NCBI GenBank assembly: GCA_942492885.1
Contig: OW818651.1
Coordinates: 66,181-130,180, forward strand
Length of the DNA: 64,000 bases
Source of the DNA: an uncultured Eubacteriales bacterium
GTDB lineage: Bacteria > Bacillota > Clostridia > Christensenellales > CAG-138
Direction: 5' to 3'
Shown: positions 47,700 through 57,700 of the stretch, in pieces
Layout of the letters: each line of letters opens with the position of its first letter
Position numbering within the stretch: the stretch's first letter is position 1
Made by a program: the position numbers and the translations under genes
Notes under the pieces: generated by a model
Database searches by the model: none
What the model saw: the letters and a program-made list of their open reading frames with translations, nothing else
Told to the model about the DNA's origin: nothing

Positions 47700-48524
47700 T
47701 TAGAATGAGCGCACGGCCTCAATGGTCTCACTGCGCGGATAGACATATTCCATCTTGGGCGGCATAGAGTTATAGACGCGTTCGATCTCTAAGATTCCCT
47801 TTGCGTAGCGACCCTTGACCAGCACGCTTTCCATCTTGAGGTTCAGGCAGAGGATGGATGCCTTCGCGCCGTCGGGAATCTGGCGAAGTTGCTTGCCATA
47901 GGGCATGCCGCTGAGCGTGATGCGATCCGAGCCCGCGCTGGTTGCCTGCACGACGGGGAAGAGCTGTGCTTCGCCCTTCTCATCGTAATAGCACAAAAAC
48001 TTCAGCGAGTCCAGCTGGGAAAAGAGCTGCTGACCAACCAACGGCAACGCCTTTTTCTCGCTCTTGCGCACAAACACGGCTTTCACGCGGGAGAGGATTG
48101 CGCCGAGGATGATTGCGCCCATCGGAAGCGGCTGGATGGCACTGATGCGCTCCAGATTGAGATAAAAAATGCGGTAAAACCCCATGTAGGAGTTATAACG
48201 GAAGAGCGGCTTGTTGTTGTAGAGGTCATATTCTGTTCCGGTGTTCGCGCTGTGGGTATAGGTTGCCCTGCCGGAAAGATAGCGCTTGTCCGCGCTGAGC
48301 ACGAGAAAACCAACACGGGGGCGATCCAGAATGAAACGCTTACTCAGCCCCGCGGAAAACTGCCCGAACGTCAGCGCATGATCGCCCAGCGCCTGAATGG
48401 ACGAGATGAACGAAAGATGCGGATAGCCGCTCTCGTCCTCGGTGGCGAGCACGCCGACCTTGCTGTCGCAATCCATCATCTCGATAGAAGCATCGTCAAT
48501 CCTGTCAAAACTGAGTGTTTTCAT
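47700..48524 (-). CDS. Pyridoxamine-5'-phosphate-oxidase-like (split-barrel flavin-binding) family protein
   Basis: N-terminal half KVGVLATEDESGYPHLSFI...RPRVGFLVL matches the PNPOx-like pattern. At 274 aa it is roughly double a single domain. GGAGGA ribosome-binding site. It is the last gene of the GRE operon. Confidence 0.5.
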   Translation of the reverse strand: MKTLSFDRIDDASIEMMDCDSKVGVLATEDESGYPHLSFISSIQALGDHALTFGQFSAGLSKRFILDRPRVGFLVLSADKRYLSGRATYTHSANTGTEYDLYNNKPLFRYNSYMGFYRIFYLNLERISAIQPLPMGAIILGAILSRVKAVFVRKSEKKALPLVGQQLFSQLDSLKFLCYYDEKGEAQLFPVVQATSAGSDRITLSGMPYGKQLRQIPDGAKASILCLNLKMESVLVKGRYAKGILEIERVYNSMPPKMEYVYPRSETIEAVRSF

Positions 48525-48579
48525 CGCGTTCCTCCTGTCAATAGAAACAATCGTTACCGCAAGTGGATTTCAATCTATG

Positions 48580-49509
48580 CTATTCCTCTAGCAATGCGCC
48601 CGTTGCGCGGATATCGTCGCACGCGTTTGTGCTTCTAGCGACTGCCAACAGTTCATCCATGCGCTTCTTTGAAATCAGCGGTGCGTCCTTAAACGACCAG
48701 TCGATGTCCAGTCGTTTGTACTTGTCCGTGCAGAGGTTGTTAAACGCGCAGAGTTCCCAACGTTCCGCCCCACCGATGGCGTTGATGCGCTCGCCGATGG
48801 CGCGGATGTTCTCGTTTGTATCCGTCGCCCCGGGGATGATCGGCGTGCGAATCCAAAGCCTGCCGTTACCCTTTGCCCAGAGCGCCGCGACGCCGAGGTT
48901 GCGAAGGATCATCGCGTTGCCGCGACCCGTCCAACGCATGTGATCCGCGTCGTTCATGAGCTTGATGTCATATAAGAGGATATCCGTATACGGCAGCGCC
49001 GCCTGCAACTGCTCCGTAAACACCATGCCGCTGGTGTCCACCGCGGTTTGGATGCCCTCGGCTTTGAGCAGGCGCAGCAGCTCGACCGCGCCGTCTTGCA
49101 GCAGTGCTTCTCCGCCGGAGAGGGTCACCCCGCCGTCACGCCCGAAATAGGCGCGGTCTTTGACCAGTTCGCGGCAGAGCTCGTCCGGCTCTGCGTCGAT
49201 GCCCTTGCACTCCAACGCGAGCGTGGGGCAGGCGGAAACGCAGTTGCAGCAGCCGGTGCAGAGCCTGCGGTCGATGTGTACGCCGCTTTCATCGCGGCTC
49301 AACCCCTCGTTGGGGCAAACGTTTTCGCAGCTGCCGCAGTTGATGCAGCGGGTAGAGATCCAATGCACCTGAAACTTCTTTGCGATGCTCTCTGGGTTGT
49401 GACACCATGCGCACGCAAGCGAGCAGCCTTTGAGGAAGATGGTGGTGCGAAGTCCCGGGCCGTCCTCGCTGGACATACGCTGGATGTCGAGATAGCGGAT
49501 TTTTGTCAT
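48580..49509 (-). CDS. Glycyl-radical enzyme activating protein (radical SAM)
   Basis: CxxxCxxC radical-SAM cluster in GCSLACAWCHNPES, plus two ferredoxin-type motifs (CINCGSCENVCP, CTGCCNCVSACP). Confidence 0.9.
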   Translation of the reverse strand: MTKIRYLDIQRMSSEDGPGLRTTIFLKGCSLACAWCHNPESIAKKFQVHWISTRCINCGSCENVCPNEGLSRDESGVHIDRRLCTGCCNCVSACPTLALECKGIDAEPDELCRELVKDRAYFGRDGGVTLSGGEALLQDGAVELLRLLKAEGIQTAVDTSGMVFTEQLQAALPYTDILLYDIKLMNDADHMRWTGRGNAMILRNLGVAALWAKGNGRLWIRTPIIPGATDTNENIRAIGERINAIGGAERWELCAFNNLCTDKYKRLDIDWSFKDAPLISKKRMDELLAVARSTNACDDIRATGALLEE

Positions 49510-49559
49510 ATGTATACCGATAGTAACTTTCCTTTATGATGATGCATTGCGCGATTAGC

Positions 49560-52049
49560 TCAATACCGATTATGGCTTTCTCTTGCGATGATTTCGTTTT
49601 GCAGTTCTCTGCCGATGCTCGTGAAATACGCGTTGTATCCCGTAATGCGCACGAGCAGGTTTTTATAGTTCTCCGGGTGCTGCTGCGCGTCCTTGAGCGT
49701 CTCCGCGTCGAGAATGTTGATCTGTAGCGCGGTGCCGCCGTTCTCCGTATAGCCCCGCAAAAACGCCTTGAGCTTTGCGCGCCGCTCATGATCCCGCATC
49801 AGCGAGGGGGAGAGCGTGATGGTATGGCTGGCTCCGTTGGGGAGCAGGTTGACGATGTTGCCCTGCGCATCCCTGCCGCCGAGTGCCTTGCCCACGGAGT
49901 TTGCGTTGCCCGTGGGTCCGTTGGTGTCCGCACCGTTGACGGGGCAGATGGCGTTGCTCAAAAACTGCCCGCGCGCGCGCCCATCCGCCGTCGCGGGGAG
50001 AATGAAGCCGGAGCCAATCCAGTAGTTCCAGCTCAGCATGCCGGGACGGAACTGCGCATTGGTCGACTTGGTCTTGTAGCCCCAGACGATGTCTGACCAG
50101 TCGTTCATCAGGCGGAGCGCCAGCGCGTCCGCCACGTCGTCATCCCTGCCGTATTTCGGCGCGCGGTTCTTGGCCTGTGCCTGTAAAATTTCATAGCCTT
50201 CCCAGTTGGCCTGCAGTGCTTTGATCAGCGTGTCCATGGTGCAGAGCTTTTTATCATAAACAAGATACCGGATTGCGAGCAGTGAGTCAACCGTTGTCGC
50301 GAATGTTACGCCTTCAACCGTAACAAACGAAAGCTCCGCGCCACCCTGCGTGCAGTCCTTGCCGCTCTCGGCACAGCCTTTGACGAGGCAGCTCAGGTAT
50401 GGCGTCGGCGCGTACTGCGCGCGCAGTTCGGTGGAGCGCTCATACAAACACGCCATGCGATGCATCACGCAATTGAGCTGAACCAGAAACGCCGCGTAGA
50501 ACGCCTCAAAATCCGCAAAGGTGCGCGGGTCGCCCGTGCTTGGTGCGTCGGTTTCGGCGGGGTAGGGGTTGCCCCAGAGCGCGTCGGTATAGACGATTAA
50601 ATCCTGCCCGTCGCCCAACGTGAGCTCCACCGCCTTGACGAGGTTCGGGTTGCAGTCCACGGTTGCCGAGCGGTCGTTGCCGCACATGGTGTTCTCGAGA
50701 CACCCGACGGAGGCATAGTCAAACACGTTGTCCTCATTGATGAGGTGCTCGACATGCGCGCGCTTTGCTTCCTCCAGCATACCGGCGATGGAGCGCTCGT
50801 CAAAATTGAGCAAAAACGGCGCACCCTGACTGGTGGAGATCATGTCAACCACTTTATCTAGCAGCGCTTCGGGAGAGTTTTTGTGCAGGCGCACGTTCGG
50901 CTTGGGCTCGAGGATGGGGCTCATCTCGTCGATGACTTCGAGGAACACCCAGGTCAGTTCGTTTGTCATATCCGCGCCGCCCTTGCCAAGACCGGAGAGG
51001 TTGAAGAGCTGACCGTAGCCCGCGGTGATGCCCTGATTTCCGGTTTGAATCATCGCGTCGTAGGCATAGTTGCAGTGCATCCAGAAGCACTTGAGCAGCT
51101 CCTTGCCAAATTCGCGATCCATGCCGTCTTTCATCGATTGCTCCCAGTAAGGCAGCAGGTACTGATCGATTCTGCCAAAGGAGACGCCCGCACCGGGATA
51201 GTTCTCGTCCGTGAGCACCAGCATGTGCGTCAGCCACAGCGATTGCAGCGCCTCGTGGAAATTTCGCGCGGGTTCGTTTGGCACGCGCAGGAGCACGTCA
51301 CGCATGGTGTTCAGCTCAGCCTTGCGGACGGCGTCTGATTCTTCACTTGCCAGCGTTTCGCAAAGCAGCGCATAGTTTGACGCGAGTACAACGGGCATTT
51401 CGCAACTCAATAACATGCCGCGCAACTGTCCGCCCTTCTCGCCCGCTTGCTCGGCGGGTGAGAGCGCATCATATCGCGCTTGCAAATCCGCCTTGACGCC
51501 GGAGAAGCCCTTTTGCAGCACGCTTGGATAGTCAGGGATCAAGTGCCCGCTGGTGGCGCCGCAGTTGCCGTAGCCGCGATCCTGAAACGCGAACGTCGCC
51601 TTGCGGATGCCGTCTTTGCCGAGCATCTTTTCGTTGCGCGCCTTTGCCTCCTCCTTGCTCCAGCAGCGGGAGGCCATGACGTTGAAGCGCCCGCCCGCGA
51701 TCAGATCGCCGGGGAGAATCTCCTGCGGCATGCGGTTCACGATGGCTTCCTTGATGATCCATGCGCGGCGCTCCGGCAGGGAGAGTGAGAAAAATTCCTT
51801 TGGTGGAGCGATGGTGCGCGCCGCCATCTGGAAGGATTTCCGGAATGTCGGCAGGAAGGAATAGACCTCCGGCACGATTAGAAAGCTCGTTTCGTCGAAC
51901 ACTTCGTCCCATGGCGCGCCCGTCGTAAACGCGGCGAACTCGTTGTTCCAGCCACGCTTGTCGCCTTGAAAATAATAGTCCCGCAGCCATTGAATGCGCG
52001 GCGAAAGATCAAACGGTTCTTTCACGCCCGGTTTTTTGACGGCTTCCAT
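49560..52049 (-). CDS. Glycyl-radical enzyme of the PFL2/dehydratase-lyase type, substrate unknown
   Basis: About 829 aa. C-terminal glycyl loop LLVRITGYNAYF and Cys loop SVGCLENTMCG (Cys-x-Glu). AAAGGAG ribosome-binding site before ATG 52049. Confidence 0.85.
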   Translation of the reverse strand: MEAVKKPGVKEPFDLSPRIQWLRDYYFQGDKRGWNNEFAAFTTGAPWDEVFDETSFLIVPEVYSFLPTFRKSFQMAARTIAPPKEFFSLSLPERRAWIIKEAIVNRMPQEILPGDLIAGGRFNVMASRCWSKEEAKARNEKMLGKDGIRKATFAFQDRGYGNCGATSGHLIPDYPSVLQKGFSGVKADLQARYDALSPAEQAGEKGGQLRGMLLSCEMPVVLASNYALLCETLASEESDAVRKAELNTMRDVLLRVPNEPARNFHEALQSLWLTHMLVLTDENYPGAGVSFGRIDQYLLPYWEQSMKDGMDREFGKELLKCFWMHCNYAYDAMIQTGNQGITAGYGQLFNLSGLGKGGADMTNELTWVFLEVIDEMSPILEPKPNVRLHKNSPEALLDKVVDMISTSQGAPFLLNFDERSIAGMLEEAKRAHVEHLINEDNVFDYASVGCLENTMCGNDRSATVDCNPNLVKAVELTLGDGQDLIVYTDALWGNPYPAETDAPSTGDPRTFADFEAFYAAFLVQLNCVMHRMACLYERSTELRAQYAPTPYLSCLVKGCAESGKDCTQGGAELSFVTVEGVTFATTVDSLLAIRYLVYDKKLCTMDTLIKALQANWEGYEILQAQAKNRAPKYGRDDDVADALALRLMNDWSDIVWGYKTKSTNAQFRPGMLSWNYWIGSGFILPATADGRARGQFLSNAICPVNGADTNGPTGNANSVGKALGGRDAQGNIVNLLPNGASHTITLSPSLMRDHERRAKLKAFLRGYTENGGTALQINILDAETLKDAQQHPENYKNLLVRITGYNAYFTSIGRELQNEIIARESHNRY

Positions 52050-52170
52050 GAAATATGCTCCTTTCGGTTGCAAAAAGGGTGTGCAAACAGAAAATCAATC
52101 ATAAACATATCGGTTCGATGTGATGAGAAATGCTAGAGAATCGGGTTTTCCTGTGAAATGTATCGATGTC

Positions 52171-52199
52171 ATTATAATACAATCCCGCGCCGCGGGCAA
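52171..52199 (-). promoter_or_regulatory. Sigma-A-type promoter for the GRE operon
   Basis: On the minus strand: TTGCCC (plus-strand 52194-52199), 17-nt spacer, TATAAT (plus-strand 52171-52176). This would give a 5' UTR of about 115-120 nt. Confidence 0.55.
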
Positions 52200-52289
52200 T
52201 TGCGCGCGCGCAAACGCGGGAATATATTCCGTATTTTTCCCCGATGAGATAGGGTTTTCTGGCGAAACGATGCAAGCCTATATTTATCT

Positions 52290-53126
52290 TTACAGCGCGC
52301 GCAGCAGGCGAATTTCATCCCCGTGTTCCGGTGGCTCGTTTGGCGTTTCGAGAATCATCGGCAGCCCCGCAAATGCTGGATGGTGCGCAATGCGTTTCAT
52401 CGCCTCTAAACCGATAAACCCTTCACCGATGCGCGCATGGCGGTCTTTTCCGTAGCCGAGGTCAAAGAGGCTGTCGTTGAGGTGCAGCGCCCTGAGCCAA
52501 CGCAAACCCACGATCTTGTCAAACTGCGTGAGTACACCGTCGAAGTCGTTCTTGACGTCATAGCCCGCCGCAAACACATGACAGGTGTCGAGGCAGACGC
52601 CCATCTTGTCTTTCCGGTTGACGCGGCTAAGCAGGTCGGCGATTTGTTCGAACATGCCGCCGATCTCCGACCCACCGCCGGACATGGTTTCGATCAACAC
52701 CGTCGTTGTCTGCTCTGCGGTCAGCACGTCGTTGAGCAGCTCCGCGGTGAGGCGCACGCCAATGTCGATTCCCTGCCCTGTGTGGCTGCCGGGGTGGAAA
52801 TTGTAGACCTGATTGGGGAAGGATTCCATCCGCGCGATGTCCTCGGCAAAGCAGCGATAGGCAAAATCGCGCACCTTCGCGTCGGCAGAGCAGGGGTTGA
52901 GCGTATACGGCGCGTGGGCAACCAGCGTGCCAAAGTGGTTCTCGCAGCAGAGCGTGTTCAGCGCCTCTGCATCCGCGGGGTCGATCGCCTTTGCGCTGCC
53001 GCCGCGCGGATTTCGCGTAAAAAACTGAAAGGTGTTCGCGCCGATGGAAATCGCGACGCGGCCTGCGGCAGCATAGCCCTTTGCGTTGCTTAAGTGGCAC
53101 CCGAGGAAAAGTGTTTGCTCGATCAT
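52290..53126 (-). CDS. nfo: Deoxyribonuclease IV (endonuclease IV)
   Basis: 278 aa TIM-barrel AP endonuclease: LGCHLS..GANTFQFFTRNPRGG, and HAPY, LDTCH and HLNDS metal-site motifs. Confidence 0.9.
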   Translation of the reverse strand: MIEQTLFLGCHLSNAKGYAAAGRVAISIGANTFQFFTRNPRGGSAKAIDPADAEALNTLCCENHFGTLVAHAPYTLNPCSADAKVRDFAYRCFAEDIARMESFPNQVYNFHPGSHTGQGIDIGVRLTAELLNDVLTAEQTTTVLIETMSGGGSEIGGMFEQIADLLSRVNRKDKMGVCLDTCHVFAAGYDVKNDFDGVLTQFDKIVGLRWLRALHLNDSLFDLGYGKDRHARIGEGFIGLEAMKRIAHHPAFAGLPMILETPNEPPEHGDEIRLLRAL

Positions 53127-53156
53127 CGTTTACCTGATTCTTTCTTTCACGTTACG

Positions 53157-53185
53157 TTGCGCTTGCGCGCCGCGTTTGTTAGAAT
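53157..53185 (+). promoter_or_regulatory. Extended -10 promoter immediately upstream of the SDR gene
   Basis: TTGCGC (53157-53162), 17-nt spacer, TAGAAT (53180-53185), preceded by TG at 53177-53178. Confidence 0.5.
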
Positions 53186-53191
53186 GTGCGT

Positions 53192-53929
53192 ATGAAACAT
53201 ACTGTATTGGTCACCGGTTCCTCGCGCGGGATTGGCGCGGGCATCGCGCGGCGCTTTGCTGAAACGGGGCATCGCGTCGCGATTCATTACCGCGAACGGG
53301 AGGCAGAGGCGCGCGCGCTTGTTGAAGCGCTCACGGCGGCGGGCCATTCTGTCATGCTCGTTTCCGGCGATATCACAGACGAGCAAGAGTCAAAAGCGAT
53401 CGTTGCCAGCGTGCGGGAGCGCTTCGGCTTTGTCGATGTGCTGGTCAACAACGCGGGTGTCGCCTTGCCGACGCAACTCGTCACCGATACATCGCTTGCC
53501 GACTGGCACCGCGTGATGGACACGAACGTGACAGGCATGTTCCTCGTCACCAACGCCGTGTTGCCGGAGATGGTATCACAGCAGTGCGGGGCAATCGTGA
53601 ATATCTCCTCCATGTGGGGGGTTACGGGCGGCTCTTGCGAGGTGGCGTATTCCGCCTCCAAAGCGGCGGTGATCGGCTACACCAAGTCGCTGGCCAAAGA
53701 GGTAGCGCCCAGTGGCATCCGCGTCAATTGCGTATCTCCCGGCTTTGTGCTGACCGATATGACGCGCTGCTTTTCGGAGGATGTCATCGCGGGCATCTGC
53801 GAGGAGACGCCGCTCTTGCGCGCGGGCACGCCGGAGGATGTCGCCGCTGCCGTGGTGTTTCTAGCGTCTGACGAGGCGTCTTTTATCACGGGTCAAGTGC
53901 TCTGCGTGGACGGTGGGCGCTGCATTTAG
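53192..53929 (+). CDS. fabG: Short-chain dehydrogenase/reductase, 3-oxoacyl-ACP-reductase-like
   Basis: TGSSRGIG cofactor loop, NNAG, and the catalytic S...YSASK motif. The ATG at 53192 has no ribosome-binding site. The track start is GTG 53186. Confidence 0.75.
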   Translation: MKHTVLVTGSSRGIGAGIARRFAETGHRVAIHYREREAEARALVEALTAAGHSVMLVSGDITDEQESKAIVASVRERFGFVDVLVNNAGVALPTQLVTDTSLADWHRVMDTNVTGMFLVTNAVLPEMVSQQCGAIVNISSMWGVTGGSCEVAYSASKAAVIGYTKSLAKEVAPSGIRVNCVSPGFVLTDMTRCFSEDVIAGICEETPLLRAGTPEDVAAAVVFLASDEASFITGQVLCVDGGRCI

Positions 53930-54065
53930 CAAGATAATTCGATAAGAATATTGTAGCATAGGACCTCGCGCAGGGCGAGTTTTTATACGGCAAGGAGAAT
54001 AGTGAAGACGGCGGTTCGCCATCGCGAAAAAGCAAAATTCCCGCCCGTAAACTGTCGAAAAAGTC

Positions 54066-54094
54066 TTGCAAATTTGAGCGCATTCGTGTATGAT
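54066..54094 (+). promoter_or_regulatory. Promoter for tRNA-Ser
   Basis: TTGCAA (54066-54071), 17-nt spacer, TATGAT (54089-54094). Confidence 0.55.
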
Positions 54095-54121
54095 ACACAA
54101 TGCGTCCGAGAAAAAAGTCGT

Positions 54122-54211
54122 GGAGAGTTGGCTGAGTGGTCGAAGGCGCATGATTGGAAATCATGTTTACGGGTAACCGTAACTAGGGTTCAAATCCCTA
54201 ACTCTCCGCCA
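54122..54211 (+). tRNA. tRNA-Ser (anticodon GGA), CCA encoded
   Basis: Acceptor stem GGAGAGT pairs with ACTCTCC. Anticodon stem CATGA/TCATG carries the loop TTGGAAA. There is a long variable arm and a T-arm TAGGG-TTCAAAT-CCCTA. The 3' end reads GCCA. Confidence 0.9.
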
Positions 54212-54214
54212 GAA

Positions 54215-54245
54215 AAGTCCCCTGATTTGGGGGCTTTTTTCTTTT
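54215..54245 (+). terminator. Terminator after tRNA-Ser
   Basis: Stem gtcccc pairs with ggggc, followed by TTTTTT (54235-54240). Confidence 0.65.
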
Positions 54246-54707
54246 GGTGCACCTTTCCAAATAGTGTGATTTGATTGACCTGCTCCCCGAAAAAGTAGTC
54301 AACCTAAAAGAGAGAAAATGATAAACTGAAGAAAAGCAAAAGGTGGACGAAATGAAGAAGAGTAATTACACAGAGGAGCAGACTGACTAGGACGAAAGTA
54401 TGAAACAGCTTTTTTTCCAGCGAGAAGAAAGTACATTCGCAAATTCTAGTGTAAATAATTCATAATAATTAACAAATAATATATCGAATAAATGCTATAC
54501 TTATTTGAATGAATTGAAGCAAGCGAGGTACTAAAAGAAGTACAAAGCAAGTATCGCGGTGCAATTTGGCCAAGCTCCGGTTATCAGATCGCCGAAATCC
54601 AGTTGCGGCAAAGGTCTGTTCGATGCTCCATTAAGGCAGTCACTGCCGTAAGGCAAGCCAACAACCATCCCACGACGGATATCGGTTTGGAAGGAGCTCT
54701 GAAACAA

Positions 54708-57700
54708 GTGAATACTTTACTCATCGGCATCTTACTATCAGCAGGTGCCTTTTTGTTTTTTTTCGTGATACTATTGCTGTTTTTGCGCGAACGCAGCGCC
54801 AACAAGCGCGTCGCTGCCCTCTCGGTGGAAGACCCGCAGACATATGCGCGTCAGGCGACCATCGCGCACATGGCGTCCAAGAAGCGCAGCTCGCTTGACT
54901 GGCCGCTGTCGCGCCTGAAGAGCAACTATAAGCTCATTCAAGCGGCTTGCGAGGATCTCAACGAGAATTTGCTCAAGAAGGTAGACGTGCCAGCACCGGC
55001 GGAGTGGCTGCTCGACAACTTCTACATCATTGAATCCCAATATCGGATTTTGCTCTCCGAGCTGAGGCGAAAGGAATATCTGCGCCTTCCGGTGCTACAA
55101 TCCGGCCCATACAAAGGGTATGCGCGCGTCTATGCGATGGCGGTTGAACTCATTGCCGGAGGCAACAATACGCTGGATGATGCGGCGCTGCTGAACTACT
55201 TTTCGGCCTACCAGGCAAAGAACATCCTGCTTGAGCGGGAGGTGCGCGCCCTGCCGATCGTATTGCGGCTTGTGAACATTGAGGATATTCGTTATCTTTG
55301 CGAGGACATCATCAGCGAGGTCAAGAGCCGCAAGCGGGCGGACGCGGTTTATGATGCGTTTTTCAAGGAGACATCGGACAAAGCTACCAAATTTCACACG
55401 GCTCTTGTCGCAAGCATAAAATCGGGAGCGGGGGTCGACCTCACGTTTGCCGAGCACTTATGCTATCGCCTGCGCCGTGCGGAGCGAAACCCGGTGGACG
55501 CGATGCGGATGCTGGAGACTATTCTATCCAAACTCGGAACATCCGCGGACGAAATCACGCAGATGGAGCACAGCGCGCAATCCCTCGCCACGGTGGCGAT
55601 GGAGAGCAGCGTCAAGCGCCTGCACTACTTTTCTTCGCTGGACTGGGAAGCGTTTCTGCCAGCCGCAAGCCGGATTGAGCAAATTCTGCGCGCGGACAGC
55701 GACATGGTATACCAAAACATGGATCTCTCCACGCGGGATCGCTATAAGCAGCAGGTTTCGCGTATCTCCGCTGCCAGCGAATGTTCGGAGGTGCATACCG
55801 CGCGGGAAGCCTTGAAGCTTGCCGCCGCAGCACGCGGGCAGGGAGTGGATTCCGCGCGGACGGGACACGTTGGCTATTACCTTGTCGACAAGGGAGTAGG
55901 CGAGCTCAAACGCCTCTTGACGGGCAAGAAACACAGTCGATCTGGAAGTGAACGCGGAAAGATGCGCTGGGCGCTGTATCTGCTCGCGATTGCGGGCATC
56001 ACCGGACTGATCGCTCTTCTTGGTGTGATTTACGGTGTGCACGCGGCAACAAACGCAAAGCTGCTTTACGGCGTTCTATGCGCGCTGGCGCTGCTGATGC
56101 CTGCCTCGGAGATCGCGGTGTATCTGGTCAACCGCGTCGTCAGCCGGGCTCTAAAACCTTCTTTAATGCCGAAGCTGGAGCTGAAAGACGGCATCCCGGA
56201 AGAGCTGAGCACCATGGTGATCATTCCGACACTCCTGCCGGATGAAAGCCGCGTTGCAGGTGTGTTGCAAAACATGGAGGAGCATTATCTTCGAAACCGC
56301 GAGCAGAACCTGTATTTTGCGATCATCGGTGCATTCGGGGATGCTTGCTCGGCGCATTTGCCGGCGGACGATAGCGTCATTTCTGCCGCGCTGGCGGGGA
56401 TTGAAGCGCTCAATCATCAGTATGCCGATGGAGGCGAGATCTTCTTTTTCTTTCATCGGGAGCGGCAGTATAACGCGAGCAACGATGTTTGGATCGGATG
56501 GGAACGCAAGCGTGGTGCCATCATGGAATTCAACGATCTTGTACAGGGTGCGCCGGATACGAGCTTTGCCTGGGCGTCCTCCGAAACGCCGCCCTTTGGA
56601 AAGATTCGCTATGTGATCACGCTCGACAGCGAGACCATTCTGCCCATCGGTATGGCGAAGCGATTGATCGGAACCATGGCGCACCCGCTGAATCGACCCT
56701 TTGTTGACGAAGCGCGCTGTGTTGTGACAAGAGGGTATGGCCTGATTCAGCCGCATATTGATATTGAGAGCGCGGAGGGTACGCTGTTTTCGCGCATTTT
56801 CACCGATCAGGACGGAATCGATCCGTATTCCGGCGCGCTGTCGGATGTCTATCAGGATCTCTTTGGCGAAGGCATATTCACGGGAAAAGGCATCTACGAC
56901 CTTGCGACATTCCAGACCGTGCTCAAGGGAACCATCCCGGAGAACACGGTGCTGAGCCATGATTTGCTGGAGGGTTCCTACCTGAGAACCGGGCTTGCCT
57001 CCGGGCTGACCATGGTGGACGGGTTTCCTGCGCAGTATCAGGCGTATGTTGCAAGGCAGCGCCGCTGGATGCGCGGGGATTGGCAGCTGCTCACCTACAT
57101 TCTGCCGAACATTCGGGACATCGACAACAACCGGATGAAGAATCCGCTCTCCGCCCTCTCCCGATGGAAGATTTACGATAACCTGCGACGCAGTTTGATT
57201 TCGCCTGCGCTGTTGCTATTGGCGGAATTGGCGGTGTTCGTGCTGCCGGGGAATGTGTTCGTGTGGTTTGGTTTGCTGCTGCTGACGATCATGTTGCCGC
57301 TGATGGGCACGATATTGAGCAGCGCGCTATCTTTATTTCGGAAAAATGCGCGCACAAGGCGATATCTTCCGGTGGTTGATTCGCTCAAGTCCGCTCTGTT
57401 GCAGGGATTGCTGGAACTCACGTTTTTACCCTATCAGGCGTGGCTTTCGGTCAGCGCGATTCTACTCACGCTCATGCGCATCTGGGTGACGAAAAAGAAC
57501 CTGCTTGAATGGGTGACCTCTGCCGATTCGGAAGCAAAGCCATTGGCAACACTCGGCGGATACCTGCGCTTTATGCAGGCGGCGATCTGGCTGTCGCTCT
57601 TATGTTTTGCGGCATTGGCGGTCACGGGGCAATGGGATCGCTTGCTGATGACTCTGCCGTTGATTCTCTTGTGGATGATGTCGCCCGTAATTGCGTTTGC

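Noticed and set aside
54002-54274. 90-aa ORF on the plus strand
   Set aside because: It reads straight through the promoter, body and terminator of tRNA-Ser(GGA), so it is an artefact.
54480-54707. Possible c-di-GMP (GEMM-I-like) riboswitch upstream of the glucan-synthase-like gene, based on GCGGCAAAGG and GGCAAGCC strings
   Set aside because: It shows only superficial resemblance to the GGCAAACC / ACGCAAAGCC conserved segments, and I could not draw convincing P1/P2 helices or a tetraloop-receptor arrangement. An Infernal scan is needed before any claim.
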